Source: a virus
Lineage: Duplodnaviria; Caudoviricetes
Virus record (IMG/VR): IMGVR_UViG_3300025450_001231
Direction: 5' to 3' (one strand)
DNA length: 64,000 bases
In this document: in pieces, positions 10,671-25,300 of the stretch
Layout: each line of letters begins with the position of its first letter
Numbering within the stretch: the stretch's first letter is position 1
The notes under the pieces: generated by a model
What the model saw: only the letters and a program-made list of their open reading frames with translations
What the model was told of the DNA's origin: nothing
Database searches by the model: none
Position numbers and translations under genes: made by a program

Positions 10671-13600
10671 ATGTCATTTCCATCGTCCCCGTCAAACGGC
10701 CAACAAGTTACAGTTAATAATATAACATATACCTACAATAGTACTAGTAATGCGTGGTATAGGGTAGCTGGCACTACGAATATTATCGTTGCAAATACTG
10801 CTACAATCAGCGGTAATTTAACTGCAAACGGCACTACTACACTAAGCAACACTTCAGTAACTGGTAATGCAACTGTTGGTAATTTGTCAACTAGCGGTAA
10901 TCTAACTGCTGCTTACTTCTTAGGAAATGGTGCACTATTAACAGGATTATCAACAAGTAGTATTACCAATGGCACTAGTAATGTTAATATTCCTACAGCT
11001 AACGGTAATGTAAATTTAACTGCTGGCGGTGTTACTTCATTGGTGGTTTCCAATACAGGTGTATTTGCAACAAATTTATCGGTAACAGGCGTTTTTAGCA
11101 CTGGTACTGGCACGGCAGGTAGTATTACTGGAGCAAATTTATTAAGTGCAGTATATTTGGCTGGCACTTTAACAACTGCTGCTCAACCAAATATTACCAG
11201 TTTAGGTAATTTAACTTCAATTACTGTTACAGGAAATACTAGCTCAGGAAATGTGTTAGCCAGTGGTTATTTTTATAGTAATGGTGCAAGTATTTTGGCT
11301 AGCGGCCCGCAAGGACCACAAGGTCCAACCGGTCCAACTGGAAATACTGGACCACAAGGGCCTACAGGTGTACAAGGACCAACTGGTGTACAAGGGCCAA
11401 TTGGACCAATTGGAAATACCGGCCCACAAGGCCCTACAGGTGTACAAGGACCAACCGGCGCACAAGGCCCTACAGGTGTACAAGGGCCAACTGGACCAAT
11501 TGGAAATACCGGCCCACAAGGCCCTACAGGTGTACAAGGACCAACCGGCGCACAAGGCCCTACAGGTGTACAAGGACCACAAGGCCCAATTGGAAATACC
11601 GGCCCACAAGGCCCTACAGGTGTACAAGGACCAACTGGTGTACAAGGACCAACTGGCGCACAAGGGCCAACTGGACCAATTGGAAATACCGGCCCACAAG
11701 GCCCTACAGGTGTACAAGGACCAACCGGCGCACAAGGACCAACTGGCGCACAAGGTAATGTTGGAACATTCTCAGGGACTACTACACAACAAATTATTAC
11801 AACAAACACCACACCTGCAACCAGTACCACAACAGGTGCATTAATAGTTACGGGCGGTGGTGGTATTGGCGGAGATCTGCACGTTGGCGGTAATATTGTT
11901 GCTGGGCAATCATTAAACTTTATTCCGTATAATGCACCAATACAAGCCAGTGGGCATTACAATGCTTATTTTGAAGTTGCAATCCAAAACAGAAGTAATA
12001 ATCCAGGCGCTACTACTTGTTATGCTGCATTTGCAGACAACAGTGACGGTTGTACCAGTTTAGTTACATTTGGTATCGCATCTAGTTCGTTTAACCAAGC
12101 AGGGCACGGGCTAGTACAAGCTAACGATGGTTATTTTTATACGGTAGCTTCTGCAACTGGGCAAGGCGGCAATATTGTAATAAACTCTTGCGGCGCAAAT
12201 GCATCGGTTATTTTTGCAACTGGAGGAGACGATTACTCAAATGAAGTAATGCGAGTGACTCCAGGCGGTACTTCTTGTGGATTTGTTAATGTAAAATCAA
12301 CAGTGGCAAGTGGTAATACTGCATCAGGTGCATTAGTAGTTGCTGGTGGAGCGGGAATTGCTGGTAATTTGAATGCTGGTAATGTACTGGCAGGCGGATA
12401 TTTTTACAGTAATGGTGCAAGTATTTTAGCCAGTGGACCTACAGGTCCGCAAGGAGCACAAGGACCACAAGGCCCAACTGGTCCAGTGGCTGGAGCAAAT
12501 ACACAAGTTATTTTTAACAATGCTAATTCAGCAGGAGCCAGCAGTAATTTTATTTGGAATAATGCTACATCAACATTAACAATAACTGGTACAGTATCTG
12601 CTACAAATCACACTGGCAGTGGGGCTTACTTAACTAATCTCACTGGAGCCAATGTAACTGGACAAGTAGCCAATGCAGCATCTGCAGGTACAGTCTACGG
12701 AAATGCACAACCTAATATCACCAGTCTTGGCAGCTTATCAAGTCTAACAGTGTCAGGCACAACCAACAGCACTGGTGTTGGCACGGGTAGTGCTGTAGTA
12801 TTAGGCGGAGCAAGTATTACTAAAGATCTTTGGGTCGGCGGTACAATTTTTACCAATAACTTAACTACCGTTAATACAACAACATTAAGCGTATCTGCAC
12901 CGTTATTGTACTTGACTTCCAATGTAGTATATCCTTACAATTATGATATTGGTTTTTACAGTCACTTTGTTGGTGGCCCATCCAATGTTTATGCACATAC
13001 TGGACTAGTTAGAAATTATGTAGATAATAATTGGTATTTGTTCAGCAATGTTGCAGAACCCAGTGGCAGTGTAGTTAATCTAACTGATGCAAATGTAATT
13101 TACGACAGTTTGAAACTAGGTAATTTGACCAGTAGCGGCAATGTTACCAGTACATATTTCTTGGGCAACGGCAGTCAACTTTCGGGCTTACCATCAGTTA
13201 CAGTAAACAATGCACCTCCCGCAAATCCAGTTGCAGGTAGTGTATGGGTTGACACTGGATCAGGCGTGGAGTATACTTATATAACTGGCTCGAGTGGTAA
13301 TGTTTGGGTGGAACTAGAAGCACAAAACAGCTACAGTTACAATAGTCTAAGCTATGCCAATCTAAACAATACCAGCACCAACAGTCAAATTTTATATAAT
13401 AGTGCTGGTGCAATTGCCGGCTCCAACAATTTTACATTCAACGGATCCACAGTTACTGCACCAGTAATCTCAGCAAATGCACTAACAGTAAGTGGTCTAA
13501 CCACATTGAGTAATATTTCTATCGCTGGAAACATCACACCAACTGTAAATAATTACTACGCATTAGGAAGCCCTTCATACAAATGGGCCAATGTTTATAT

Positions 13601-14435
13601 CGGTCCTGGAAGTTTGTACTTAACAGATACTGTTACCGGTTCCACAATATCATTGACCGCCACCAACAATGTGTTGTTCTTGAATGGTGCAAGTGGATTG
13701 ACCAACGGCAATTTGTATTTTAACAACAACAGTATACTAACACTAACACCCAATGTAGATATTACCATCGGTAACATCAGTGGAGATTCTGGTAATGTGG
13801 TAATAAATCGTGTTACTAATTTTCATGGCAATATATTTGCAACTAATATTACCAGCACTGGTAATATTACAGGTCAAAACTTTATTGGTAATGGTGCTAC
13901 AATTAATGGTGACTTATCTGTTACAGGTAATATTAACATTGCCGGTAATGTCACAGTTACTAATCAAGTATATGGATCATTTGCAAATGTTGCAAATATA
14001 TCAGCAAGCGCATCAAATACTGGAAATCCTATTTTATTCTCAACCGCATTAGCAAATTCAGGAATACAATTAGGTACTGGTGCAAGTAATAGTCACGTAA
14101 TTATAAGCAAACCAGACACATACAGAGTTAAATATCAAGTAAATATTCTTAATACCGGTGGAGCACCTAATGTATATATTTGGATAAGAAAAAATGGTAC
14201 AGATATTGCATATTCGCAAGTCAAGTTTTCTGGTTCAGCAGTTGCACAAAATGGAATACTAAATGGTGATTTTTTTGTAACAACTACTACAAACACAGAT
14301 TATATTGAATTATATTGGGCTACATCATCTAATACATTAGCATCGTTATATGCTATCCCAGCAAATTCATATTCAGTGACAATGCCAGCAAGTCCAAGCG
14401 CATTAATATCAATATCGCCGGTTAATAATGTATAA
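10671..14435 (+). CDS. Collagen-repeat tail fibre protein
   Basis: N-terminal FPSSPSNGQ...TY...W motif; about 150 aa of G-P-T/G-P-Q/G-V-Q collagen repeat; TGALxVxGGxGIxG fibre repeats. Confidence 0.8.
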   Translation: MSFPSSPSNGQQVTVNNITYTYNSTSNAWYRVAGTTNIIVANTATISGNLTANGTTTLSNTSVTGNATVGNLSTSGNLTAAYFLGNGALLTGLSTSSITNGTSNVNIPTANGNVNLTAGGVTSLVVSNTGVFATNLSVTGVFSTGTGTAGSITGANLLSAVYLAGTLTTAAQPNITSLGNLTSITVTGNTSSGNVLASGYFYSNGASILASGPQGPQGPTGPTGNTGPQGPTGVQGPTGVQGPIGPIGNTGPQGPTGVQGPTGAQGPTGVQGPTGPIGNTGPQGPTGVQGPTGAQGPTGVQGPQGPIGNTGPQGPTGVQGPTGVQGPTGAQGPTGPIGNTGPQGPTGVQGPTGAQGPTGAQGNVGTFSGTTTQQIITTNTTPATSTTTGALIVTGGGGIGGDLHVGGNIVAGQSLNFIPYNAPIQASGHYNAYFEVAIQNRSNNPGATTCYAAFADNSDGCTSLVTFGIASSSFNQAGHGLVQANDGYFYTVASATGQGGNIVINSCGANASVIFATGGDDYSNEVMRVTPGGTSCGFVNVKSTVASGNTASGALVVAGGAGIAGNLNAGNVLAGGYFYSNGASILASGPTGPQGAQGPQGPTGPVAGANTQVIFNNANSAGASSNFIWNNATSTLTITGTVSATNHTGSGAYLTNLTGANVTGQVANAASAGTVYGNAQPNITSLGSLSSLTVSGTTNSTGVGTGSAVVLGGASITKDLWVGGTIFTNNLTTVNTTTLSVSAPLLYLTSNVVYPYNYDIGFYSHFVGGPSNVYAHTGLVRNYVDNNWYLFSNVAEPSGSVVNLTDANVIYDSLKLGNLTSSGNVTSTYFLGNGSQLSGLPSVTVNNAPPANPVAGSVWVDTGSGVEYTYITGSSGNVWVELEAQNSYSYNSLSYANLNNTSTNSQILYNSAGAIAGSNNFTFNGSTVTAPVISANALTVSGLTTLSNISIAGNITPTVNNYYALGSPSYKWANVYIGPGSLYLTDTVTGSTISLTATNNVLFLNGASGLTNGNLYFNNNSILTLTPNVDITIGNISGDSGNVVINRVTNFHGNIFATNITSTGNITGQNFIGNGATINGDLSVTGNINIAGNVTVTNQVYGSFANVANISASASNTGNPILFSTALANSGIQLGTGASNSHVIISKPDTYRVKYQVNILNTGGAPNVYIWIRKNGTDIAYSQVKFSGSAVAQNGILNGDFFVTTTTNTDYIELYWATSSNTLASLYAIPANSYSVTMPASPSALISISPVNNV
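11304..11760 (+). repeat. Collagen G-X-Y coding repeat
   Basis: Repeated [21 protein letters not shown]; near-identical DNA units such as ggaaataccggcccacaaggccctacaggtgtacaagga. Confidence 0.95.
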
Positions 14436-14473
14436 TGGCAGATACACCAACTCCTTATAAGATTAAATAACAT

Positions 14474-17400
14474 ATGACTTCCTTAAATTTCCCTTCATCC
14501 CCTGCACTAAATCAAACTTATACACTTGGTACAAGAACTTGGGTATGGACAGGCACCGCTTGGCAATTACAAGCACAAGGCGCAATTAATAATATTCCTG
14601 TTGGAAATTCTACACCGAGCACCGGAGCTTTTACTACACTTAGTGCCACAACTGCCAATATCAGTGGTAATATTGCCAGCGGTAATGTACTAGCAGGCGG
14701 ATATTTTTACAGTAACGGTGCAAGTATTTTAGCCAGTGGTCCACAAGGACCAACTGGAGCACAAGGACCAACTGGAGCACAAGGACCAATTGGAGCACAA
14801 GGTCCACAAGGACCAACTGGAGCACAAGGACCACAAGGCCCAACTGGAGGACAAGGACCGACTGGTGTACAAGGACCAATTGGAGCACAAGGACCACAAG
14901 GACCACAGGGTATTACTGGTAACACAGGAGCACAAGGACCGACTGGTGTACAAGGACCAATTGGAGCACAAGGACCACAAGGCCCAACTGGAGCACAAGG
15001 ACCGACTGGTGTACAAGGACCACAAGGACCACAGGGTATTACTGGTAACACAGGAGCACAAGGACCGACTGGTGTACAAGGACCACAAGGACCACAGGGT
15101 ATTACTGGTAACACAGGAGCACAAGGACCGACTGGTGTACAAGGACCAACTGGCGTACAAGGTCCACAAGGCCCGCAAGGACCCACTGGCGTATTTTCAG
15201 GAACTACAACTCAACAGATTATAACATCAAATACAACACCGGCAATTACTACTAATACAGGTGCATTACAAGTGGCAGGCGGAGCCGGTATTGGTGGAAA
15301 CTTATATGTAGGCGTTAATTTAGTTTCCGCTAATATAACAGCCCAAAGCAGTATCAAACTCAGCCCTGGCGCCAATTTCGTAGTAGGAGTACCATTAAAC
15401 TTTACTTTGAATAATGCACCACTACAATCTGGTGCGTATATAAATTCAAATTTTCAAGTGCCTGCTCAGAATTCTAACAACGGAAATGCAGCTACCACTA
15501 GTTATACTGCATTCGCTGACAGTAGTAATGGGTGTACTAGTTTGGCCAGTTTTGGTGTTGCATCCAGCAATTTCAGTCAGTCAGGGCACGGGCTAGTACA
15601 GTCCAATGATGGTTATTTTTATACTGTGGCTTCTGCTTCTGGAGTTGGCGGAAACCTAGTAATAAATTCTCGTGGAGCAAACGCAGCAATTATTTTTGCA
15701 ACTGGAGGAGACGATTACTCAAATGAAGTAATGAGAGTGACTCCAGGCGGTACTGCCAACGGATTCGTTAAAATTAATTCTACTGTAATCAGCAGTAACA
15801 CTACAACTGGTGCATTGGTAGTTGCAGGTGGTGTTGGTATTTCTGGTAATCTACGCTCAGGTAATATTTTTGCATCAAATTATTTTTATAGCAACGGTAC
15901 AAGCATAATCACAAGTGGACCACAAGGACCATCAGGGCCTAGCGGATTAACCGGACCTCAGGGACCACAAGGACCATCTGGAGCACAAGGTAATGCTGGA
16001 TCATTCACCGGCACTACTACTCAACAGATTATCACATCAAATACCTCACAAAATACAGGTATCAATACAGGTGCATTGCAAGTAACACAAGGTGGTGCAT
16101 ATATCGCTGGTAATTTATATGTTGGCGGTAATATTAATCTATCGACTGCTAATGTAAGTGTATTCTATGGTAATAGTGGCGTATACTATGGAAATACTGC
16201 AGGGTTTGGCGCATTATACGCAGGTATTACCAGCGGATACTTACCAGAGCCCCAAGCAACACTACAAAGTACTGCTAATTTTAATAGCTATGCAGGTGTG
16301 TTTAACGGGCAAAATATCAATAGTGGTAGTTTAGCATCCACTGATATTTTCTTATCTCCAAACAATGGTACATTACTCGACACTTACCTTGATTTAGGTA
16401 TTGGAAGTAGCACGTATGCATATCCAGGTTATACTTTAATCGGACCAAATGATGCTTATCTATTCAATTGGGGAAATGCTTCGACTGGCGGCGGTAATTT
16501 AATATTAGGTACAGGAGCGAACAACGACATCGTATTTTCAACCAATGGCATTAACGCCAGTAATGAAGTAATGCGTATTACTCGTACCGGAAACTTAAAT
16601 GTTATTGGCAGTAAAAATTATTTTGCTGGTAATACTAGTATCGGAACATCTGGAAAAGCCAGTGACACTGCAGTTATTCTAACCCTAAACAGTTCAGGTG
16701 CCAACGCCAGTGGTGGCGGTATTCAAATGACTGCTAACAACAACGGCGGGGGTGCAATACAAGCTAGCGTAGGTGGCGGATTGCAATTCTGGACATTTAC
16801 TGGGGCAGTAGGCGCAGAAACTTATGTAGAGCCTATGTTGATTTCCAGTACCGGTAATGTTTACATATCAACAACCACAAGCAGTACAACTACATCGACT
16901 GGAGCATTGGTAGTTGCAGGTGGGGTAGGCGTAGCAGGTAATGTTAATGCAACTAATGCAAATGTAACTGGAAATATTACTACAACTGCATTAACTATTG
17001 GCACGGGCATAGTAACATCAAATGTATATCCGTCAGGTGGTAGTATGAGTCTTACTGCAGCCAGCAGTCAGTATGTGAGTTATGCGGCTAACCCTAACTT
17101 TGCGCTCACTGGCAACTTTACCATTGAGTGTTGGGTATATATTACTAATTTTTCTGCCACGCCGACTATATTAGATCAAATGATGAGTTATGCTGCTGGT
17201 GCAGGTAACTGGCAGTTTACAGTTATGAGCACAACAGGACTTGCATTTTATTATAATGGAAGTACTAGCCAAATTAGTGGCACTGGATTCTCTAATAATA
17301 CTTGGTATCACTTGGCTGCAGTTAGATCAGGTACAACACTAAACTTCTTCGTCAATGGTGTAAGTCAAGGGACCGCAACCTATTCTGGTACCATTGGATC

Positions 17401-19300
17401 AAACAACAGCTTATATGTTGGTGCCCAACATTATGCTGGGCCACAGGCTTTTATGGGTGGATATGTCAACAATGTTCGTATTGTTAACGGTACTGCTCTT
17501 TACAGTGCAAACTTTACTCCTCCAGTGAGTCCATTAACTGCAGTTGCAAACACAGTGATATTGGTCAACGCCAACAGTCCCAGCACTTTCCTAAATGATT
17601 CTGGACCCAACAATCTTGCAGCAACAGCACTTGCTTTGCCTACTTGGAGTAGTGTTACGCAGTTGCTCGGCGGAAGTTTGAGTTTTAACGGTACTAACCA
17701 ATATCTGACCTCGCCAAATAATCCAGTTTACGGAACAAACAATTTCACTATTGAATTTTGGTTTAACGGTGCATCACAAACTAATACAATTTTTTACGAC
17801 GGCAGAACGACTCAATCTGGTTCAAGTGTCGGTCCACTGATTTCAACTGGCCTTAGTACTGCTGGACTTAGATATAGCAATAATCAAGACACCGCGGAAG
17901 TTACTACCACGACATTAGTTGCCACTGGCTCTTGGGTACATTGTGCGGTGGTAAGAAATGGCACTACTGTTACTCTTTATGTAAACGGTGTTGCTGGAGC
18001 AACATTAACTGATAACAGCAACTACTCAGGTACCGGTACCTTGTATCTAATGAGAAATAGTTACAGTGGCAACTATGTGTCGGGTAACATTACCAATTTC
18101 AGAATTGTCAATGGCACAGCGGTTTATACCAGTAATTTTACTCCTCCGACAAGTCAGTTAACTGCAATTTCAAACACCGCATTGTTGTTGAATGTACTGA
18201 CAGCACCTATATATCTTGCTGACTCAAGTACAAATAATACAACCATTACCAATGGTGGGTCAACCCCATTCTCCGCATACACTCCATATTCGAGTCTAGT
18301 TGCTGTTACCAGTGGGTCAGTGATACCATCAACGTCAGCCAATACAGGTGCATTGGTAGTTGCTGGTGGAACTGGTATAGCAGGTAATTTGTATGTAGGC
18401 GGCAATTTAGTTACCACTGGCAATATAATCGGTACATATTTCTTGGGTAACGGCAGTCAATTGACTGGTTTGCCATCGTCTTACGGTAATATTCAAATGT
18501 TGTCCAACTTGGCAGCCACTGGTAACCCTATTACCATTGGTAGTAATTTAACAGTACAAGGCAACTTGACGGTAACTGGCAATGTTACTTCAGTAAATTA
18601 CGAAACAATAACTTACACAGAAACTGCTAATGCTATATCAGCCACTGGTAATATTTCTACTACTGCTAACCTAGTTGCACCTACTTACTATGGTAATACC
18701 ATTGGTACTACTGCTACATACTCTGGTAATGTAAGTGCTGGTAATATAATAGCAACTCACTATGGTAATACCATTGGTACTACTGCTACATACTCTGGTA
18801 ATGTAAGTGCTGGCAACCTAAGTGCAAATGGCTTTTTCTACAGTAACGGAGTTTCAATAGTAGGAAGTACAATATTTGCTGGTACCCCTACTACTGCAGC
18901 CGCTAAATTTACCAACATAGTTGAAACAGCTAATATTATAGTTGGAGCACCTTCCTCAACACAAAGCTATTATATTGCATCTGGTGAAGTACAATACTAT
19001 ACCGCTAACACTACTACAAATTGGACGCTTAATGTATCTTGGAGTTCGTCAACAACTGTTAACTCAGTTATGGCAGTGGGCGATACTGTTACAATTGTAA
19101 TGTTAGTTACAAATGGTACACCTGCTTACTACAATAGCGCAATCGCTATCGACGGTACTTCGGTTACCCCGAAATGGTATAACGGACTAGTGCCGATATC
19201 AGGAGATTCAAATTCTATAGATTTATACACTTATACTATCATTAAAACTGCTGCTACCCCGTCTTATACCGTATTAGCGGGACAAGTCAAATACGCATAG
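14474..19300 (+). CDS. Collagen-repeat tail fibre with two LamG (concanavalin A-like) domains
   Basis: N-terminal LNFPSSP...TW.W...W; collagen tract 14738-15190; two LamG domains (NFTIECWVY...[17 protein letters not shown]...GYVNNVRIV and NFTIEFWF...[17 protein letters not shown]...GNITNFRIV). Confidence 0.85.
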   Translation: MTSLNFPSSPALNQTYTLGTRTWVWTGTAWQLQAQGAINNIPVGNSTPSTGAFTTLSATTANISGNIASGNVLAGGYFYSNGASILASGPQGPTGAQGPTGAQGPIGAQGPQGPTGAQGPQGPTGGQGPTGVQGPIGAQGPQGPQGITGNTGAQGPTGVQGPIGAQGPQGPTGAQGPTGVQGPQGPQGITGNTGAQGPTGVQGPQGPQGITGNTGAQGPTGVQGPTGVQGPQGPQGPTGVFSGTTTQQIITSNTTPAITTNTGALQVAGGAGIGGNLYVGVNLVSANITAQSSIKLSPGANFVVGVPLNFTLNNAPLQSGAYINSNFQVPAQNSNNGNAATTSYTAFADSSNGCTSLASFGVASSNFSQSGHGLVQSNDGYFYTVASASGVGGNLVINSRGANAAIIFATGGDDYSNEVMRVTPGGTANGFVKINSTVISSNTTTGALVVAGGVGISGNLRSGNIFASNYFYSNGTSIITSGPQGPSGPSGLTGPQGPQGPSGAQGNAGSFTGTTTQQIITSNTSQNTGINTGALQVTQGGAYIAGNLYVGGNINLSTANVSVFYGNSGVYYGNTAGFGALYAGITSGYLPEPQATLQSTANFNSYAGVFNGQNINSGSLASTDIFLSPNNGTLLDTYLDLGIGSSTYAYPGYTLIGPNDAYLFNWGNASTGGGNLILGTGANNDIVFSTNGINASNEVMRITRTGNLNVIGSKNYFAGNTSIGTSGKASDTAVILTLNSSGANASGGGIQMTANNNGGGAIQASVGGGLQFWTFTGAVGAETYVEPMLISSTGNVYISTTTSSTTTSTGALVVAGGVGVAGNVNATNANVTGNITTTALTIGTGIVTSNVYPSGGSMSLTAASSQYVSYAANPNFALTGNFTIECWVYITNFSATPTILDQMMSYAAGAGNWQFTVMSTTGLAFYYNGSTSQISGTGFSNNTWYHLAAVRSGTTLNFFVNGVSQGTATYSGTIGSNNSLYVGAQHYAGPQAFMGGYVNNVRIVNGTALYSANFTPPVSPLTAVANTVILVNANSPSTFLNDSGPNNLAATALALPTWSSVTQLLGGSLSFNGTNQYLTSPNNPVYGTNNFTIEFWFNGASQTNTIFYDGRTTQSGSSVGPLISTGLSTAGLRYSNNQDTAEVTTTTLVATGSWVHCAVVRNGTTVTLYVNGVAGATLTDNSNYSGTGTLYLMRNSYSGNYVSGNITNFRIVNGTAVYTSNFTPPTSQLTAISNTALLLNVLTAPIYLADSSTNNTTITNGGSTPFSAYTPYSSLVAVTSGSVIPSTSANTGALVVAGGTGIAGNLYVGGNLVTTGNIIGTYFLGNGSQLTGLPSSYGNIQMLSNLAATGNPITIGSNLTVQGNLTVTGNVTSVNYETITYTETANAISATGNISTTANLVAPTYYGNTIGTTATYSGNVSAGNIIATHYGNTIGTTATYSGNVSAGNLSANGFFYSNGVSIVGSTIFAGTPTTAAAKFTNIVETANIIVGAPSSTQSYYIASGEVQYYTANTTTNWTLNVSWSSSTTVNSVMAVGDTVTIVMLVTNGTPAYYNSAIAIDGTSVTPKWYNGLVPISGDSNSIDLYTYTIIKTAATPSYTVLAGQVKYA
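14738..15190 (+). repeat. Collagen G-X-Y coding repeat
   Basis: Repeated [21 protein letters not shown] with identical DNA units ggtattactggtaacacaggagcacaaggaccgactggtgtacaagga. Confidence 0.95.
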
Positions 19301-19349
19301 TTTTATACCACAACAACCGAATATTTAATAAAATAATAAATACTGTACT

Positions 19350-22300
19350 ATGTCCAGACTATCATCCGTATCATCATCCGTAGGTGGCTCAACTTCAACT
19401 GCTGCAGCAACCAACCAAAATGTCGCCGTTCTCGCAACTAACCCTCCGAGTAACTTAATACCGCCCTCGATTACAGGAACAGCTCAGGTTAATCAAACTT
19501 TAACTGCTAACGTAGGAACTTGGAGCGCAAATACTATTAGTTATGCATATCAGTGGGTCAATAGCGGAACTGGAAATATTAATTCTGCTACAAATTCTAC
19601 TTATACTGTACAAACTACAGATTTGGGTTATACACTGGACTGTATAATTATTGCAACAAATTCATATGGAAATTCGTCAACTGCATCAAATCTATCATCT
19701 GCAGTGGTACCAGGCGTACCATTAGCACCAACAATTGGAACTGCTACAGACATAGACGGTAGTTCTGCAACAGTTAGCTTTACTGCACCAACCAACAATG
19801 GTGGTGCAACAATTACCAAGTATGTAGCAACTGCAAACGTAGGAGGAGTTACTTCTACAATAACTCAAGCGGGTTCTGGAACTATTACAGTAACTGGATT
19901 ATCGGTTGCAACTTCTTACACATTCACTGTAGCCGCAGTAAACAGCGTTGGTACAAGCCCATCAAGCAGTCAGAGTAATGCTATTACCACTGGCGCGAAA
20001 CCTTGTGCCCCGACTATCGGCAGCGCAAGTGAATTGACACCAACATCTGCTGCAGTATCCTATACTGCACCAACTTTCAACGGCGGAAGTACAATATTGT
20101 ACTATACTGCTACTGCAAATGTAGGCGGAATTACTGCTACACTAAGCACATCAAGCTCAGGTACAATTACTGTAACTGGACTAACAACCGGCAACAGCTA
20201 CACATTCACAGTTACTGCTACCAATAGCATTGGCACAAGTAACGCCAGTGCAGCAAGTAACAGCCTAACAGAAGCTACCGCACCAGGTGTACCAACTAGT
20301 GTAACTGCTACCGCTACAGGAGCAAATACAGCTAATGTAGCATATACTGCACCAATTAGCAATGGCGGCATTGCAATTAACTACTATGTAGCTACAAGCA
20401 ATGTTGGAAATATAACTGCTACATTAAGTACTTCTACATCAGGTACAATTAATGTAACTGGATTGACATCGGGTGCTAGCTATACATTCACAGTTAAAGC
20501 TTCTAATTCATATGCTACAAGTAATGCCAGCGCAGCAAGTAATGGAATTACAGAGTGGACAGTGCCTGCAGCACCAACTATTGGAACAGCTACTGCCACA
20601 AGTGCAAATACTGCTAACTTAACATATACTGCACCAGTGAACAACGGTGGAACTACAATTACTAGCTATGTAGCTACAAGCAATGTTGGTGGAATCACTG
20701 CTACATTAAGCACATCCAGCTCGGGCACATTCTCAATAACTGGATTGACATCAGGTGCCAGCTATACATTCACAGTTACTGCCATCAATAGCGTTGGAAC
20801 AAGTAATGCCAGTGCCGCAAGTAACGGAATTACAGAGTGGGCTGTACCAGGAGCACCAACAATTGGAAATGCAACAGTAGCCAATGCTACTGCAGTAAGT
20901 GTGGCATATACTGCACCAGCAAGCAACGGTGGCACTGCAATATTGTACTATACTGCCAGCAGCAATATTGGTAATATAACTGCTACACTAAGCACAACTA
21001 GCTCGGGTACTATTACTGTAGCGGGATTGACAACAAATGTTTCTTACACATTCACAGTTACTGCTACTAATACTGTTGGAACTGGCAATTCAAGTGCTGC
21101 AAGTAATACAGTAACTCCAGTTGTTAATAACGGACCTTGCGCACCAATAATTGGATATGTTGCCGCAACTAGTGCCAATTCAGCAATAGTAACATACACT
21201 GCACCTGCAAGTAACAATGGTGCTACAATCAGTAGTTACATAACAACAAGTAATGTCGGCGGAATTACTGCTACAGTAAGCACTTCAACATCAGGCACTA
21301 TTACAGTAACTGGCTTGACTTCCGGCACTTATTACTCATTTACAGTACAAGCAGTTAATGCAAACGGCACCAGTGCAGCAAGTGCAGCCAGCGCTCCGAT
21401 CGCTCCAGGAGTGGGATACTTATGGGTATGGGGAGGACAAAATAACGTAGGGCAATTGGGTACAAACAATCAAACAGTATACTCTAGTCCTGTACAATTA
21501 GGTGCAGGTAGTAACTGGAAAATGGAAAGTATTACCGACAGTGCCAGTGGAGCTGTTAAATTTGATGGAACTCTCTGGACCTGGGGTTATAATAACTATG
21601 GTATGTTAGGTCTGTCTAATACAACTAGCTATTCTAGTCCAAAACAAGTCGGTGCATTAACCAATTGGAGTTCAGTAATTACTCGATTTAATACTGTTAC
21701 TGCACTTAAAACTGACGGAACGATATGGGCTTGGGGCTACGGTGGTCTTGGTGCTTTAGGTCTAAACAACCTTACTAGTTATTCAAGTCCAAAACAAGTC
21801 GGCGCATTGACAAACTGGACTGCTATTTCCACAGACGGTTATACAACGTTTGCTATTAATTCATTAGGCCAATTGTGGGTGTGGGGTAATAATGGTAATG
21901 GCCAGCTAGGATTAAATAATGCCAATAATTATTCAAGTCCTAAACAAATCGGCACATCAACTAATTGGAAACAAATGTCCACATATAATGCTTCGGTTAT
22001 TGGACTTAAAACCGACGGAACTATATGGAGCTGGGGCAATAACAATTGGGGGCAACTAGGATTAAATAATTCTTTTCAGACTTATAGTAGTCCAGTACAA
22101 GTTGGTACACTAACTAACTGGAAACAGGTCATTATGAATAATTCTGTTGGAGGTGGAACTAAAACCGACAATACATTATGGATGTGGGGTTATAATGGTA
22201 CTGGCCAATTGGGATTAAATAATGTTAATAATTATTCAAGTCCAAAACAAGTCGGCTTGTCTACTTCATGGGCATTGTTAACCCCATCTTTCAATGTTAC

Positions 22301-25300
22301 TGGAACATTTGCAACACAAAATGATGGTACATTATGGACCTGGGGATATGGTGTTCCTGCAGGTGCATTAGGTTTAGGTGTTGCTACTAGTTATAGCAGT
22401 CCTAAACAAATAGGTTCGTCGGCTGGATGGGTATCGATATTTGGTAATGGTGGTACTAGAATAGTAAGTGCTGTTGCACCTTCCGTACCTAACCTGACAG
22501 CTACTGTAGTCGGCGGAGTTGGAGTGGCAGTTGGTGTAAAATTTGGAAATGTTACCGGTGCTGCCGGCGGCATTACCACTGTGGTCACAAGTAACCCAGG
22601 TGGAATTACTGCAACTTTAACCACTAGTTCATTATATGGTACAGTTACAGTAACTGGATTAACACTCAATACATCATACTCATTTACAGCCGTGGCAACA
22701 AATGCCATAGGATCAAGTAATACAAGTGCTGCAACTTCCTCCGTTTACTATGCTAATACAGCACCTTGTGTTCCAACAATTAATAGCGCCGTACAAGTTG
22801 ATACAAATACTGCAGGAGTTACTTACTTTGCACCGCTAAACAATGGCGGACAACCAATATTATACTATACTGCTACAAGCAGTCCAGGTGGAATTACTGC
22901 GACATTGAGTCAGTCAGGTAGTGGAACAATTACAATAGCAGGTTTAACAACAAATGTTTCTTATACATTCACAGTTACTGCTACCAATAGTATCGGCACA
23001 AGTAATGCTAGCCCAGCTAGCCCCAACTTAACTATAGTAACTACTACAGTACCTGGTACACCAACAGTTACTGCAACACAAACTGCAGCAAATACTGCAG
23101 TAGTTTCGTTTACACAACCTACTAACGGTAATGCTACAATACAGTACTATACAATTGTTGGATCGTCTTCGTCGTATACTGCTACACTAAGCCAGTCTGG
23201 CGCAGGTACTGTTACAGTAACCGGTTTAGCTACCGCTACTCCGTATACATTCACAGTTACTGCTACTAACTCAGTTGGTGCTGGCACTGGCGGTACCAGC
23301 AGCGGATTAACACTAGGAACTCCGCAATTCTTATGGTCGTGGGGTTGCGGTACTGCTTCAGGTATAGGTGTTTCAACAAATTATAGTAGCCCAGTTCAAG
23401 CTGGTAGTGCGCTAAATTGGAATATGATAGTCGGTAGTAGTGGTACTCAAACATCTGCAGGTATCAAACAAGATGGTACATTGTGGATGTGGGGCTACAA
23501 CACCTACGGACAATTAGGATTATCCGCAACAGGAACGGTTCTTAATATTACTCAAGTTGGTGCACTTACCAATTGGAAACAAGTTGCAGTTGGACCAACT
23601 GAGACTATTGCTGTAAAAACCGACGGTACATTGTGGAGTTGGGGACAAGCTCTTAACGGGCAGTTAGGTCTGAACACCAGCATTCTTAATAACTATTCTA
23701 GTCCAAAACAAATCGGTGCAGGAACAAATTGGGCATTTGCGTCAATGGGATCACAACACGCACTTGCAATTCAAACCAATGGTACATTGTGGACTTGGGG
23801 ACAAAACAACTATGGACAACTAGGATTGAATAATACTTCAACTTACAGTAGTCCAAAGCAAGTTGGAGCATTAACCAATTGGTTGAAGGCATCTGCGGCC
23901 GGTTACAATGTGGTCGCACTTAAAACCGACGGAACATTATGGGCCTGGGGAATTGGTACTAGTTATCAGCTAGGTCGAGGAAATACTTCTTCTTATATTA
24001 GTCCAAAACAAGTTGGTGCATTGACTACTTGGGCATCTTTTGCGAATGGATGGCAGTTTGTATTGGCTACTAAAACCGACGGAACATTGTGGAGTTGGGG
24101 AACTGGCTCATACGGACAATTAGGATTGAATAGTACATCGGCCGCTTCAAGTCCAACACAAGTTGGTACAGGAACAAATTGGAGCGTATTTAACCCAAAT
24201 CAAGGTGAAAATCTTCAACAGTACATGACTGCAACGAAGACCGACGGAACATTATGGAGTTGGGGACGTAATTATCAAGGTGCATTGGGACTAAATCAGT
24301 CAACAATCACATTGTACTCAAGTCCAAAGCAAGTTGGTTCATTAACTACTTGGCTCAGTACAGACGGTACTTCGGCCTTGGCAACAGTGCCAGCTGGTGC
24401 ACCTTCAGCGCCAGCAGTTAGTAACGTTGCAGTTATCTCAGGAGTAGGAGTAGGCGTAACATATACAGTTCCTGCAAGCACCAACGGATCGGCAATTATA
24501 AAATATATTGCAACTAGTACCCCAGGTGGAATTACAGCCACAGTAACTCAAGCAACTGCTGGTACAATTACAGTAACTGGATTAACTGGTGGAGCAACTT
24601 ACACATTTACTGTTACTGCAGTCAACGGAGGGGGCGGCAACACTAGTGTAGCATCCGGTAACGTAACTTATACTGCAATTGCACCATCTGCACCTGCTGC
24701 AGTCACTGCAAATGTAATAAGTCCAAATACTGCAACAGTAAGCTTTACTGCACCTTCTTCTAGCGGTGGGGCACAAATACTTGGTTATATAGTTTCTTCT
24801 ATTAATTCAAGTACTATTTCAAGTGTTACTTTAGCACAATCATTCCCAGGTACTGTTACTTTAACTGGTTTGACAAACGGCACCACATATACATTCTCTG
24901 TAGCTGCATTTAACGGTAGTGCAACTGGACTAGCCACTAGTGCTAATGCTAGTGTTGGTGCACCAGGCATACCAACAATAGGTACAGCGGTTTCTATGGG
25001 TACAACAACTGCTAATGTATCATTTACTGCACCAATTAACACTGGTGGTTACCCAATTACCAGCTATGTGGCTACAAGTAGTCCAGGTGGAATCACTGCT
25101 ACATTGAGCCAAGCAGGCGCTGGAACTATTACTATAACCGGTTTGTCTTCAAGCACTTACTATTCATTTGCAGTACAAGCTGTTAACAGCTATGGAACTA
25201 GTAATGTTAGTGCTTCGAGTAATAGCATATATACTCAAGGAAAACCGTATGCACCTATTATTGGTACAGCAACTGTATTAGGAAATTCTTCAGCGGTAGT

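Noticed and set aside
26-15224. ORFs rich in PCGP/PVGP (minus strand) or HKDHK/LVVLV (other frames) at 26-307, 52-270, 100-294, 11256-11844 and 14661-15224
   Set aside because: They are shadow frames of the collagen GGN-CCN-CAA repeats; they coincide exactly with the collagen tracts and have no independent start signals.
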